A stretch of 64,000 nt of DNA, taken from positions 10,017-74,016 of the IMG/VR virus record IMGVR_UViG_3300010403_000003; one strand, 5' to 3'. This document shows positions 28,187-35,833 of the stretch, piece after piece. Below the pieces are notes generated by a model that was not told where the DNA came from, did no database searches, and was given only the letters and a program-made list of their open reading frames with translations. Within the stretch, counting starts at the first letter, position 1. Every line of letters starts with the position of its first letter. This DNA is from a virus. The translations under genes and the position numbers were made by a program.

Positions 28187-28570
28187 TCATTCTCCGGCAC
28201 GTTCGGCCTTGATTATTTTCTTCACGTCTTGCCTCGCCTGCTCAATCTTGTTTGCGACGTCACGCTGCTCGGCCGTTATCTCGCTGCGCTTACTTGGTTC
28301 ATCAATTCCCAAAAGACGGCGCATTTCACTTTGCACGCCTTGGACGGCTCGTTTGCATTCCGCGTCCATTAGCTGATGGACCCAGTAGGGTGCCGACAGA
28401 ACTTTCCGCGTGGTCTTGTTCCTGAAGTACCATCCGCCTTCGTTGCTTTCGATCACCCATCCGGCATTCGCGAGGTCGTCGATCGTTGTGTGACACCCAT
28501 AGAATCCGTGGTAATCCTTTTCTTCTGGCGCAACTATTGGAGGTTCGTCACCCATCCTGAACGTTTTCAT
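28187..28570 (-). CDS. Hypothetical protein
   Basis: AAGGGA RBS. Confidence 0.6.
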   Translation of the reverse strand: MKTFRMGDEPPIVAPEEKDYHGFYGCHTTIDDLANAGWVIESNEGGWYFRNKTTRKVLSAPYWVHQLMDAECKRAVQGVQSEMRRLLGIDEPSKRSEITAEQRDVANKIEQARQDVKKIIKAERAGE

Positions 28571-28579
28571 TTGGTCCCT

Positions 28580-28867
28580 TCATGCGTCTCCGCAACATTC
28601 GGGGCAAGGAACATCTTGTCGCCGAATACTTCCGGGAGGCGATTTTTGGTCTCCTGCCATGACGCCGGTCCCGCCACATTTGACACATGCTCCGATCAAG
28701 CATTTCGCTTTGATGATCGGGCAATTACTCACATGCTTAAAGTTAGGGCGAAAACTTACTGGTTTGCCGGTGCAATATTGACATCGCCAATCATCGCGGC
28801 CGACGAGCGCGTCCCATCGTTCCTGAAAGATTCGGAGCAATTCGACTGCTGAGTAATCGCTCATCAT
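28580..28867 (-). CDS. Zn-finger hypothetical protein
   Basis: CQYC, CVKCGGTG, CPECCG. Confidence 0.55.
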   Translation of the reverse strand: MMSDYSAVELLRIFQERWDALVGRDDWRCQYCTGKPVSFRPNFKHVSNCPIIKAKCLIGACVKCGGTGVMAGDQKSPPGSIRRQDVPCPECCGDA

Positions 28868-29092
28868 TCACTCATTCCGTGCAATCGCCGCATTAAACAA
28901 AAACATCGCCTCATCGAGCGCGTTGAGTGCCCGCGTCTGTTCCGGCGAGCATGGCGTTTGGTCAACGCCAATTTTCGCCGCCCCCAGGATGACGGCGCGA
29001 ATCGTTTCGTAACGCTTCGCCTGGTCGCCCTTGGGGGCGTGGTAGGTGTAACGCTGGGACAGTTGCTCGAAGGTTGGTTTGTCGAATGGCAT
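28868..29092 (-). CDS. Acb2/Tad1-like putative signalling-nucleotide sponge (anti-defence)
   Basis: YTYHAP..DQ..RY..IR...P.S.E...A...LDEAM...NAAIAR; AGGAG RBS. Confidence 0.7.
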   Translation of the reverse strand: MPFDKPTFEQLSQRYTYHAPKGDQAKRYETIRAVILGAAKIGVDQTPCSPEQTRALNALDEAMFLFNAAIARNE

Positions 29093-29101
29093 GAGATTCT
29101 C

Positions 29102-29377
29102 CTAACGAGGCGAATGACTCAACATTCGCCAACATCGTGGCCCACGATCAGGAAATGCTGTCCGCCGCAACTCCTTCACGGCCGCGTAAAAGATGTCTTC
29201 GCCATCGGCGTCATCGTCCACGCAGATATCGACATGGCCTTCGTAGAATTCAAGGCCCGGCGAAGGCGACGTTTGCATTTCAACGCGAAGCTTCATTTCG
29301 CACAGCCTTTCAACGCGGTCTTCGTTTTCGGTTCTTTTTTTTCTCTCAGCGTCACTCGTCCGCCATGGAAAAGGCAT
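29102..29377 (-). CDS. Hypothetical protein
   Basis: ORF in chain; start uncertain. Confidence 0.45.
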   Translation of the reverse strand: MPFPWRTSDAERKKRTENEDRVERLCEMKLRVEMQTSPSPGLEFYEGHVDICVDDDADGEDIFYAAVKELRRTAFPDRGPRCWRMLSHSPR

Positions 29378-29588
29378 AAATACAGCTTCGACAAGAAAGC
29401 CTCATCCCTTTCGCTCTCCGCTGTTAGGCGCAACCATTTGCATCGGTCGCGCACGTCAACCATTTTTGCGGGCGATGTCGCGTTGCACCTCATGCCGCAC
29501 CTCCAGACGAGCGGAGACTAGCCCACATCGAAAACAAGCGTCGGCCAGTTTCAAGAGAATTGTGTACTAGCTTAAGGCTAGGTGAATT

Positions 29589-29633
29589 AGCTTCCCAAGC
29601 TGGACGTCGTCGGTTCGAATCCGATCGCCCGCT
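29589..29633 (+). other. tRNA-Gly(CCC) 3' half 1, putative attP core
   Basis: AGC-TTCCCAA-GCTGG-ACGTC-GTCGG-TTCGAAT-CCGAT-CGCCCGC-T; no 5' acceptor strand or D arm upstream. Confidence 0.85.
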
Positions 29634-29680
29634 CTGCAAAAGACTTGCGAAGTTTTTCGATGAGGAAAACATTCGAGACC

Positions 29681-30214
29681 CTAATGAGAAAGACCGCTCA
29701 ATTCATTGAATTTCGCCTGGAACGCCGCCGCGGCATCTTCCTTGCTGGCAAAGGAGCCAAGATGGAATTTTTGTTTGTTGGACTCGATGTCCGCTCGCCA
29801 AGAACCTTTGGTCCACCGAACGCCGCGGATACCGCTCGAACTGTTTGCCGGAGCGGATTTCCGATTCAGCATGTTCACGTGATGAGGCACCGACCGAAGA
29901 TTAGTTCGTCGATTGTCGAGCGTGTTGTGGTTGATGTGGTCAATGTCCATCCCGGCCGGGAAGCCCATGATAAGCCGGTGCATTCCGAGCATGCTCTTTT
30001 CTGTCGGGGACGGTCTCCCGATCGCATAAAAGGATTTGGTGCAAGGGTTCCATTGGGCGTGCCAGCGCGAGCCGTTGGAAAGGACGCGGCTCAAATCGGA
30101 AATATCGATGAGGCATTCGAGAATCAGCTTTTCGCATTGGCGTTTCAGAAAAACGACAGCAAAGCCGTCTCGAATCTCAACGGGGTTACTTCGCTTCGGA
30201 AATTGCATCAGCAA
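29681..30214 (-). CDS. HNH-AP2 homing endonuclease
   Basis: MHRLIM...IDHINHNTLDNRRTNLR; AP2-like SSGIRGVRW...W.A.I...HLGSF..KEDAA. Confidence 0.9.
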   Translation of the reverse strand: MLMQFPKRSNPVEIRDGFAVVFLKRQCEKLILECLIDISDLSRVLSNGSRWHAQWNPCTKSFYAIGRPSPTEKSMLGMHRLIMGFPAGMDIDHINHNTLDNRRTNLRSVPHHVNMLNRKSAPANSSSGIRGVRWTKGSWRADIESNKQKFHLGSFASKEDAAAAFQAKFNELSGLSH

Positions 30215-30221
30215 ATCCTCT

Positions 30222-30275
30222 TAGAGCCTCGCGTTCCCAACGCGGTGGTCGCCGGTTCAAATCCGGTCGCCCGCT
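30222..30275 (+). other. tRNA-Gly(CCC) 3' half 2, putative attP core
   Basis: TAGAGC-C-TCGCG-TTCCCAA-CGCGG-TGGTC-GCCGG-TTCAAAT-CCGGT-CGCCCGC-T. Confidence 0.85.
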
Positions 30276-30327
30276 TTTTCTTTCAATTGGCTTCGAGCAA
30301 ATTCGCCGTGAAGTTCCTTCACTTCCA

Positions 30328-30371
30328 ACTTTCCCAAAGTCGCTACGAGGGTTCGATTCCCTTCGCCCGCT
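30328..30371 (+). other. tRNA-Gly(CCC) 3' half 3, putative attP core
   Basis: ACT-TTCCCAA-AGTCG-CTAC-GAGGG-TTCGATT-CCCTT-CGCCCGC-T. Confidence 0.85.
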
Positions 30372-30552
30372 TTTTCTCCGCCCGCTCTTTCTCCAATTGC
30401 AGACGCCCAACGATTTCGGCCAGCGTCATAACGGACGCCATCAGGGCTCCAATGATCTCGGCGACTCGTTCGCTGTGCGGGGCCGCGGCATCGTTTCGCC
30501 GAAGACGCCGGATATCTGCGGCGATGTCCCAACAGATTTCGAGGTCCGTCAT
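30343..30552 (-). CDS. Hypothetical protein; 3' end overlaps tRNA half 3 in antisense
   Basis: 69-aa helical ORF. Confidence 0.45.
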   Translation of the reverse strand: MTDLEICWDIAADIRRLRRNDAAAPHSERVAEIIGALMASVMTLAEIVGRLQLEKERAEKKRAKGIEPS

Positions 30553-30722
30553 GTTTCACCGCAAGAAAAATTTTGGATCAAAAATCCCGGCGACTCCGAC
30601 ACAACATGAACGGACGAAGCCGCCGGGGCGACGGAATGCGGCGAATAGATAAAACCGCGTTCCATAAGTGCTCGGCGATGACTCCTCAGCTTTCGCCGGG
30701 CGGGAGCGGCAACGAGCCGCAA

Positions 30723-30794
30723 TTACGGGGGCAGGATTCGCACCTGCGACCTCCAGGTTATGAGCCTGGCGAGCTGCTGCTGCTCTACCCCGTA
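30723..30794 (-). tRNA. tRNA-Met(CAT), initiator-like but atypical; CCA not encoded
   Basis: Cloverleaf TACGGGG/CCCCGTA, GAGC/GCTC, CCAGG-CTCATAA-CCTGG, GCAGG-TGCGAAT-CCTGC. Confidence 0.85.
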
Positions 30795-30918
30795 CCATTC
30801 GATCCCCGGAACCACCCGCAGAGAAAAGGCTGCGGGGCCTTTTGTTGACCGTAAAGGCGAACCGCCAGGAGCGAGAACTACTAACGATCCGCCCGGCAAA
30901 GATGCCCTCACGGAGAGG

Positions 30919-31002
30919 ATGATAAAAAGTTCTCCCGAAGAAAGCAAGTGCAAAGTTTACATTTTTTTTGCACTTGCAAAAAGACTTTGGCCTGTATACG
31001 CT
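30919..31002. promoter_or_regulatory. Second divergent promoter pair with a perfect 11-bp inverted repeat (candidate operator)
   Basis: GCAAGTGCAAA (30944-30954) / TTTGCACTTGC (30967-30977); leftward TTGCTT-N17-TATCAT, rightward TTGCAA-N17-TACGCT. Confidence 0.6.
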
Positions 31003-31014
31003 TAGGAGAAGAAA

Positions 31015-31236
31015 ATGAGCGAGAAAATCGGAGAGTATCCGAAAATGAATGTGGTCAATGTAAAGATGTCTCCGGAGCTTAAATCGCTCGTAGGCAAAGA
31101 AGCCGACAAAGAAAACATCTCCATGTACGAGTGGATCGTGAACGTCGTCGCGGAACGGCTTGGCCGGCCAGAATTGGCAAAGGTCCAGAAGCGACGCGCG
31201 GGGCGTCCACGGCAGGAGTTAGCGGAGGCGGTATGA
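31015..31236 (+). CDS. Ribbon-helix-helix (Arc/HicB-like) regulator
   Basis: VVNVKMSPELKSLV...A....ISM.EWI..VV.ERL; AGGAG RBS. Confidence 0.75.
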   Translation: MSEKIGEYPKMNVVNVKMSPELKSLVGKEADKENISMYEWIVNVVAERLGRPELAKVQKRRAGRPRQELAEAV

Positions 31237-31947
31237 AATACGGATGGCCACCAAAGACGCTTTTGCCGCCGCAAAGCGAAGAGGAGCGGCTGATGGGCCG
31301 AATCGAGGCCGAAGATCAGCTTGAATGGATCGACGGCAAGCTCAAAGAATTTCGCAAACTCCGGCGACTTTGGAACACGCGGCTTGGGCTTTGTTTGAAG
31401 CGGCGCGATTCCAACGGCCACGCGAAAGAAAAGGTGAGCGCGTGAGTGACGATCCCCGAATCGAAAAGGCCCTCGACTTCGCCGTTCGTTTCGGCGGCAT
31501 CGACGGCGACAACCATAAAGCATGGGTCATCGACCAAATGGTTCGCGCGCTGACTGGTTGCCCGATACTCCAACGCCAAGCGATTGATTGCAAAGGCCAG
31601 CTTTACGAATTCAAGGATCAAGGGGAATCGGACGAGTATTTGAAGATCGTCGCGGACGCGAAAGCCGGCGAAGACGGGCCGGAAACTTACGAATGGAAAG
31701 TGGGGATTCCGCCGTGACGATTCCTCCTCCCCCGGAATGCTGCTCCCCTTGTCCCGATCGCCTCACCATCCAGGGACCAAACGGCGAACTCGGCTACCTC
31801 GTCCCCGGCGACGGCCCGGCGGGGTGGATTTGGGGGCAAAAGCCGAGCGATGATGCCGCGTGGGCCGTAAACGCTTGTCTGCGGCAGTTGGGATTTGTGC
31901 TTAGAACTGATATAACGGAGTTGATGCTTGAAGAGTCCACGCCTTAA
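31233..31947 (+). other. Three coupled small hypothetical genes (31233-31445, 31442-31717, 31714-31947)
   Basis: ATGA/GTGA overlaps. Confidence 0.6.
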
Positions 31948-31981
31948 AACGCCACCGTGCATTCAGCCCCATCGCTGGTCG

Positions 31982-32155
31982 TCATCCCCGAAAAACATCG
32001 TCGAGCCGTTTCATCTGCTCCGGCGTCCATTCGGTTGCGATCGGCTGTTCGGCGGGTTCCGGTTTTGATTCTGGCACTGGCTTGCGCGAGCGGGTGATTT
32101 GTTTGCTCAGAGCGAGCAAGCTGGTCCCAAGCTCGTCGAGTTCGCAGTCGGTCAT
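31982..32155 (-). CDS. 57-aa hypothetical protein with its own promoter TTGACA-N16-TATGAT (32231-32204)
   Basis: AGGAG RBS; consensus promoter. Confidence 0.5.
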   Translation of the reverse strand: MTDCELDELGTSLLALSKQITRSRKPVPESKPEPAEQPIATEWTPEQMKRLDDVFRG

Positions 32156-32227
32156 GGCGAGGCTCCTAAGTGACGGGCCGGGGCGGCGGAGGGATTTGTT
32201 GCTATCATACGCTATAGCTTTAATTTG

Positions 32228-32434
32228 TCAACGAGAATTGCCCGCCCAAATCGTCCCGCTGAGCGGATTTGAAATCGTCGCGCTTTGGCCCACCGAACTT
32301 CCGCAATAGGGGCATATCCGCGATTTCTCAAACTCCCCGACAACCCGCTCCGCGTCCTCGTAGTCGAGGAATTCTTGCTCCATCAGCGCGGCTACAAAGT
32401 GGTCGTGCAATTCGCGGCGGCGAGTGTCGTCCAT
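32228..32434 (-). CDS. Hypothetical protein
   Basis: GAGGGG RBS, CPYC. Confidence 0.5.
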   Translation of the reverse strand: MDDTRRRELHDHFVAALMEQEFLDYEDAERVVGEFEKSRICPYCGSSVGQSATISNPLSGTIWAGNSR

Positions 32435-32445
32435 GATGCCCCTCG

Positions 32446-32485
32446 AAGAAAAACACCGGCCGCGGCTCTCTTGTTCCGCGACCGG
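32446..32485 (-). terminator. Intrinsic terminator-like hairpin at the end of the late operon
   Basis: CCGGTCGCGG-N10-CCGCGGCCGG-TGTTTTTCTT. Confidence 0.55.
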
Positions 32486-32625
32486 CGATCCGCCGCACCA
32501 CGGCTTGCCCAAACCCTCTTTGCGGACGGAATAAACTTCCAGCGATGCGACCCCTTGCCCGCTCGCCAAAAAAAATAAGTGCCGTGGGCCAGGCTCTTCC
32601 CCTGGTGCGCGATGGGGCCTCACGG

Positions 32626-33216
32626 CTACGGCACGGCGCTTGGTTTAACGTGCCGGTGCGGGCATATGCCGCACAGATGCTTGGCGTGATTGCAATTAAA
32701 GCACAACGTTTGAAATCCGTCTGGAAAACCTTCTCGACGAAGCCAAGAATAAAAGTCTCCAGACGACTCCGATGCTAACGTCTTTCGGTGCCGATTGCCT
32801 CCGCCGTTTATATGGTCTATCGTGAGAAACTCCGAAATCGATTCCCCGCAGCATGCACACGATTGTCCGTATGCTGCCAATACCTCCATTCGTAATTTTT
32901 TTCGATAGCTATTACGTTTTTCCTTGCATTTACGACACACTTGGCTTTCGCAACTTTCTCCGCAATTGGTACACAATCGCCTTTCGCGCCTATCATGCTT
33001 CAATGCCTTCTTCTTCTCTTTCAATGATTTGCTGCATATTGAGCACCTGGAGGCATTATTCGATAGAAGATTATTGCAGACACATCGCCCAATAGAAAGA
33101 AGTCGATCGCGGCGTTTTTTGGATGCGACCCTCTGCCTATCAAGGCAAGATGGGCACTTTCTTTTACCTAACTGGCAAAATAATCCGCAACGGCATTTGT
33201 GATCTGCAATCATCAT
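32626..33216 (-). CDS. HNH endonuclease with N-terminal Cys-rich repeats
   Basis: CACCGE...FLTIDHINGGG...FPDGFQTLCFNCNHAK...CPH. Confidence 0.88.
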   Translation of the reverse strand: MMIADHKCRCGLFCQLGKRKCPSCLDRQRVASKKRRDRLLSIGRCVCNNLLSNNASRCSICSKSLKEKKKALKHDRRERRLCTNCGESCESQVCRKCKEKRNSYRKKLRMEVLAAYGQSCACCGESISEFLTIDHINGGGNRHRKTLASESSGDFYSWLRREGFPDGFQTLCFNCNHAKHLCGICPHRHVKPSAVP

Positions 33217-33260
33217 GAAAGGAATCTCAAGGGTCTTGCACGGCGCTTGGTTTAACGTGC
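32631..33260. repeat. Perfect 23-bp direct repeat GCACGGCGCTTGGTTTAACGTGC flanking the HNH gene (32631-32653, 33238-33260)
   Basis: Exact match read from the sequence. Confidence 0.95.
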
Positions 33261-33292
33261 TAGCTTTCGCCGCCGCATCGCCGGAATATCGT

Positions 33293-33556
33293 TCACCGCC
33301 GAAACAGCCGCACCCGCTGGCGCACTTGCACCGTCTCGGTCGTCGAACTCGTCTGCACCGGCGCAGCTTGTACGACGACGCGCGGAGCGGCTTGCGTCAC
33401 GGTTTGCGTGCGAACGGTTATCGACGTGCGCTGGGCGTTTCGTGTCGTCTCACGGACGGTGAGGCCGTTCAAAAGCTGGCAATTGCCACCGGCGCACTGA
33501 GCATCGGCAGCTCCGGCGAACAAGACGAGGGCCGCGAGAGAGGCTAGGTAACGCAT
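33293..33556 (-). CDS. Small secreted protein
   Basis: Signal peptide ending ADA, then QCAGGNC; basic C-terminus. Confidence 0.65.
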   Translation of the reverse strand: MRYLASLAALVLFAGAADAQCAGGNCQLLNGLTVRETTRNAQRTSITVRTQTVTQAAPRVVVQAAPVQTSSTTETVQVRQRVRLFRR

Positions 33557-33570
33557 GGGGAGAAATCCTT

Positions 33571-34073
33571 TCAAGTAAAAGACTCAAACTGACGAAGTTG
33601 GCTCGTATCCACGGCCACAATTTGGCCCTTTTCCATGTACGGCACGTGGCGCACTTCGACGCCGGGAAGGAACTTGGCGATGTCGGCGTCTTCGATGCCT
33701 GGACCGACGTAGACGACGCCTTCGCGCTTTGCGAGTTCGACCGTCTTGCGAATCTGGTCGCGGCGTTTGAACTCGTCGATAACCTTCATGATGCTTTCGA
33801 CGGTCGGCATTGGCATGGTCGAAGCGTTGGCGTATGTGTTCATTCGGGATCGTAACCTTTCGAGCCTTTGAAGACGGCGTCGGCGATGGAGTAAAAATGT
33901 TCGCCATCGCCTTCATCAACGATCCATTCGCCAGGATGCACTTGCACAATCGTCCCTTGAATTGTTGTCACATACAAAATGCCGAGTCTATTTTCTTTGA
34001 CGCCGCGTGGCAGCGGGCTGCCAAGGAGTTGCTCGGCATGTATGCGTTCCGGTTTGCTTTTGAACCACGGCAT
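33571..34073 (-). other. Two small hypothetical genes (33571-33843, 33840-34073)
   Basis: ATGA overlap; the second has a PGEWIV....FY motif. Confidence 0.55.
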
Positions 34074-34076
34074 CGT

Positions 34077-34571
34077 TTACCTCACGAAAAGATGAGAATA
34101 TCTGCGCCCGTCTCGTCCAATCACCCACGCCGCGCCCGCATAAGTCCATCGCTCGAATTGAGCGCACGCCTGGAATCCCCATGACGGCTCAAGAGCGGCG
34201 CACCCAGCCGCCGCGGCACTCGTCCCCGCCGGCAGGAATTGGAAGTCCCCGCGTCCGCTCATGACGTGGCCCGCGAGCAACACCGACGCCCGGTAGCGTG
34301 CCGCCGCCAATGCCGCGGCCGTGAGATTCGGATCGCGAGCATAGGGCGGCAAGCCACGCGCGGCGCGAGCCTGGTTGACCTCGTCGAGCGCATCGGGCGA
34401 CTCGGAAAAAGAAACGGGCGTAGACGCCGGCGCGACAGCGATTGCTGGCTTACTAGGTGGGACCGTCATTCGCGCCGGTGCCAGATTGGCGACTCGCCTA
34501 CGCCCGGCCGCCGAAACATCTTGTGGGGAAAATGCCAAGGCGGCAAATGAAGCAACCAGAAAGAAACGCAT
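34077..34571 (-). CDS. Secreted CAP/SCP-domain protein
   Basis: Signal peptide; ALDEVNQARAARGLPP...DPNLT.AA. Confidence 0.75.
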   Translation of the reverse strand: MRFFLVASFAALAFSPQDVSAAGRRRVANLAPARMTVPPSKPAIAVAPASTPVSFSESPDALDEVNQARAARGLPPYARDPNLTAAALAAARYRASVLLAGHVMSGRGDFQFLPAGTSAAAAGCAALEPSWGFQACAQFERWTYAGAAWVIGRDGRRYSHLFVR

Positions 34572-34839
34572 TCGGGGAATCCTCCGTGTCCAAAAGAAAA
34601 AGAAACCTCGTGTCAGCCATATTCACTCTGCCGTTGCGCCGGTCGCCGCTTTCGCAGAATTCTTCGCGCTGGCGGCAAACGGACCAAGCCAAAACAATGC
34701 TCGCGTTCCTCTTCGGGTTCTTCCTTGCACGATGGCGAATCGTCGTAAACGCACGTCGCGGCCGAAGTCGTTTCGTCGGTCGCGTTAGTTGTGGCATCGC
34801 TCGAATCAACCCAAGCGATCATTTAGCCGCCCCGAAAGG

Positions 34840-35037
34840 TTAAACGGTCGTCACGGTATGATGTTTCCGCGAAAGCCTGTCCTCTTCAACCCGCTCGTAA
34901 ACCTCTGTGACCATCCATTTTCTTGAATCGTCGCGAAACGTCAGGGCGTTGCCCAGAATGGCGAGTTTTTCCGGCAGCCAACTCACGGTGACGTGGTTGT
35001 CGGCTCTTAGTTCGCATTGACGGATATAGTTCGGCAT
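34840..35037 (-). CDS. Hypothetical protein
   Basis: QC.L.....VSWLPEK.A..G. Confidence 0.55.
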   Translation of the reverse strand: MPNYIRQCELRADNHVTVSWLPEKLAILGNALTFRDDSRKWMVTEVYERVEEDRLSRKHHTVTTV

Positions 35038-35124
35038 TGCGCTAATCCATCTTGCTTATCCGATACACCGCCACCGCAATCGCGAAAAAGACGCCGACGA
35101 ACAACAGGGCGAGGAGTGCGGCGG

Positions 35125-35301
35125 TCATTGGATGACGAAGCCAAAAGCCTTCCATCCGAGAATGAAAAGCAGCACGAATAGAAGCAAGTTGCCGCCAATG
35201 ACCCCGAATCCCTTGGGGCCTGGCTCGTTTGGCCAGTTCCAATAAAGTCCGAAGAGAAACCACAGTATCATCAGCATCCAAAAGATCATCCCGGCCGGCA
35301 T
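35125..35301 (-). CDS. Small two-TM membrane protein
   Basis: IFWMLMILWFLFGLYW...LLLFVLLFILGW. Confidence 0.7.
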   Translation of the reverse strand: MPAGMIFWMLMILWFLFGLYWNWPNEPGPKGFGVIGGNLLLFVLLFILGWKAFGFVIQ

Positions 35302-35315
35302 GACGCACCGCCCTT

Positions 35316-35474
35316 TCAAAAGCGATATCCGAGCAAGAGCAAAATCACAAGAATCAATAAGAGCAGGCCGACACCGCCAGCCGGTGCCGGTCCCCAATCA
35401 GCGCTATGGCCCCATGTGGGCAACGCTCCAATGAGCAGCAAGATCAACAGAATCAAAAGGACCGTGCCGAGCAT
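35316..35474 (-). CDS. DUF3309-like small membrane protein (52 aa, not in the ORF track)
   Basis: MLGTVLLILLILLLIGALPTWGHSADWG..P.GGVGLLLLILVILLLLG. Confidence 0.8.
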   Translation of the reverse strand: MLGTVLLILLILLLIGALPTWGHSADWGPAPAGGVGLLLLILVILLLLGYRF

Positions 35475-35833
35475 CGTTATTCCTCAGGCCACTCCCGCAT
35501 CTGTCCCGGCGGCTGATCTATCTCGCGAAGGCGAATCCAAATCAAGCACGCAGTAGCGCCGACCATACAGCCGAACAAGAACCAGATTACAAAATCGACG
35601 TTCACGTTCATTCTCCAACCGGAGCGTAGTCCGCCAAATCTGTCACCATCGCATTAATGGGGCCGATGGCTTCCTTGCCGCCTTGACTGCCGTAGACCGT
35701 CTCCAAGATTAGATTGCACTCGTCGGCGGCGGTGATCGTGCAGAGGATCACCACCTTGTCGCCGATTTTGAGCGGCCTTCCAATTCGATCGCACATGAAA
35801 AACACCTCGAAGATTTTGCCGTGCATGGGGAAC

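Larger units (their letters stand above)
32537..33286 (-). ncRNA. Putative structured RNA interrupted by an HNH gene
   Basis: 15-bp closing stem TTCCGGCGATGCGGC (33286-33272) / GTCGCATCGCTGGAA (32551-32537) with two G-U pairs; inner GAAA hairpin and further stems. Confidence 0.5.

Noticed and set aside
29468-29633. GCGGGCG at 29468 as the 5' acceptor strand of an intron-split or permuted tRNA-Gly
   Set aside because: Not followed by T8-A9 or a D arm; likely chance. The Gly sequences are treated as 3' halves, not full tRNAs
32537-33286. Group I intron or pistol/hammerhead ribozyme around the HNH gene
   Set aside because: No recognisable P7 core or CUGANGA motif; CACGUUAAA resembles pistol but the required P1 stem is absent; no interrupted ORF on either side
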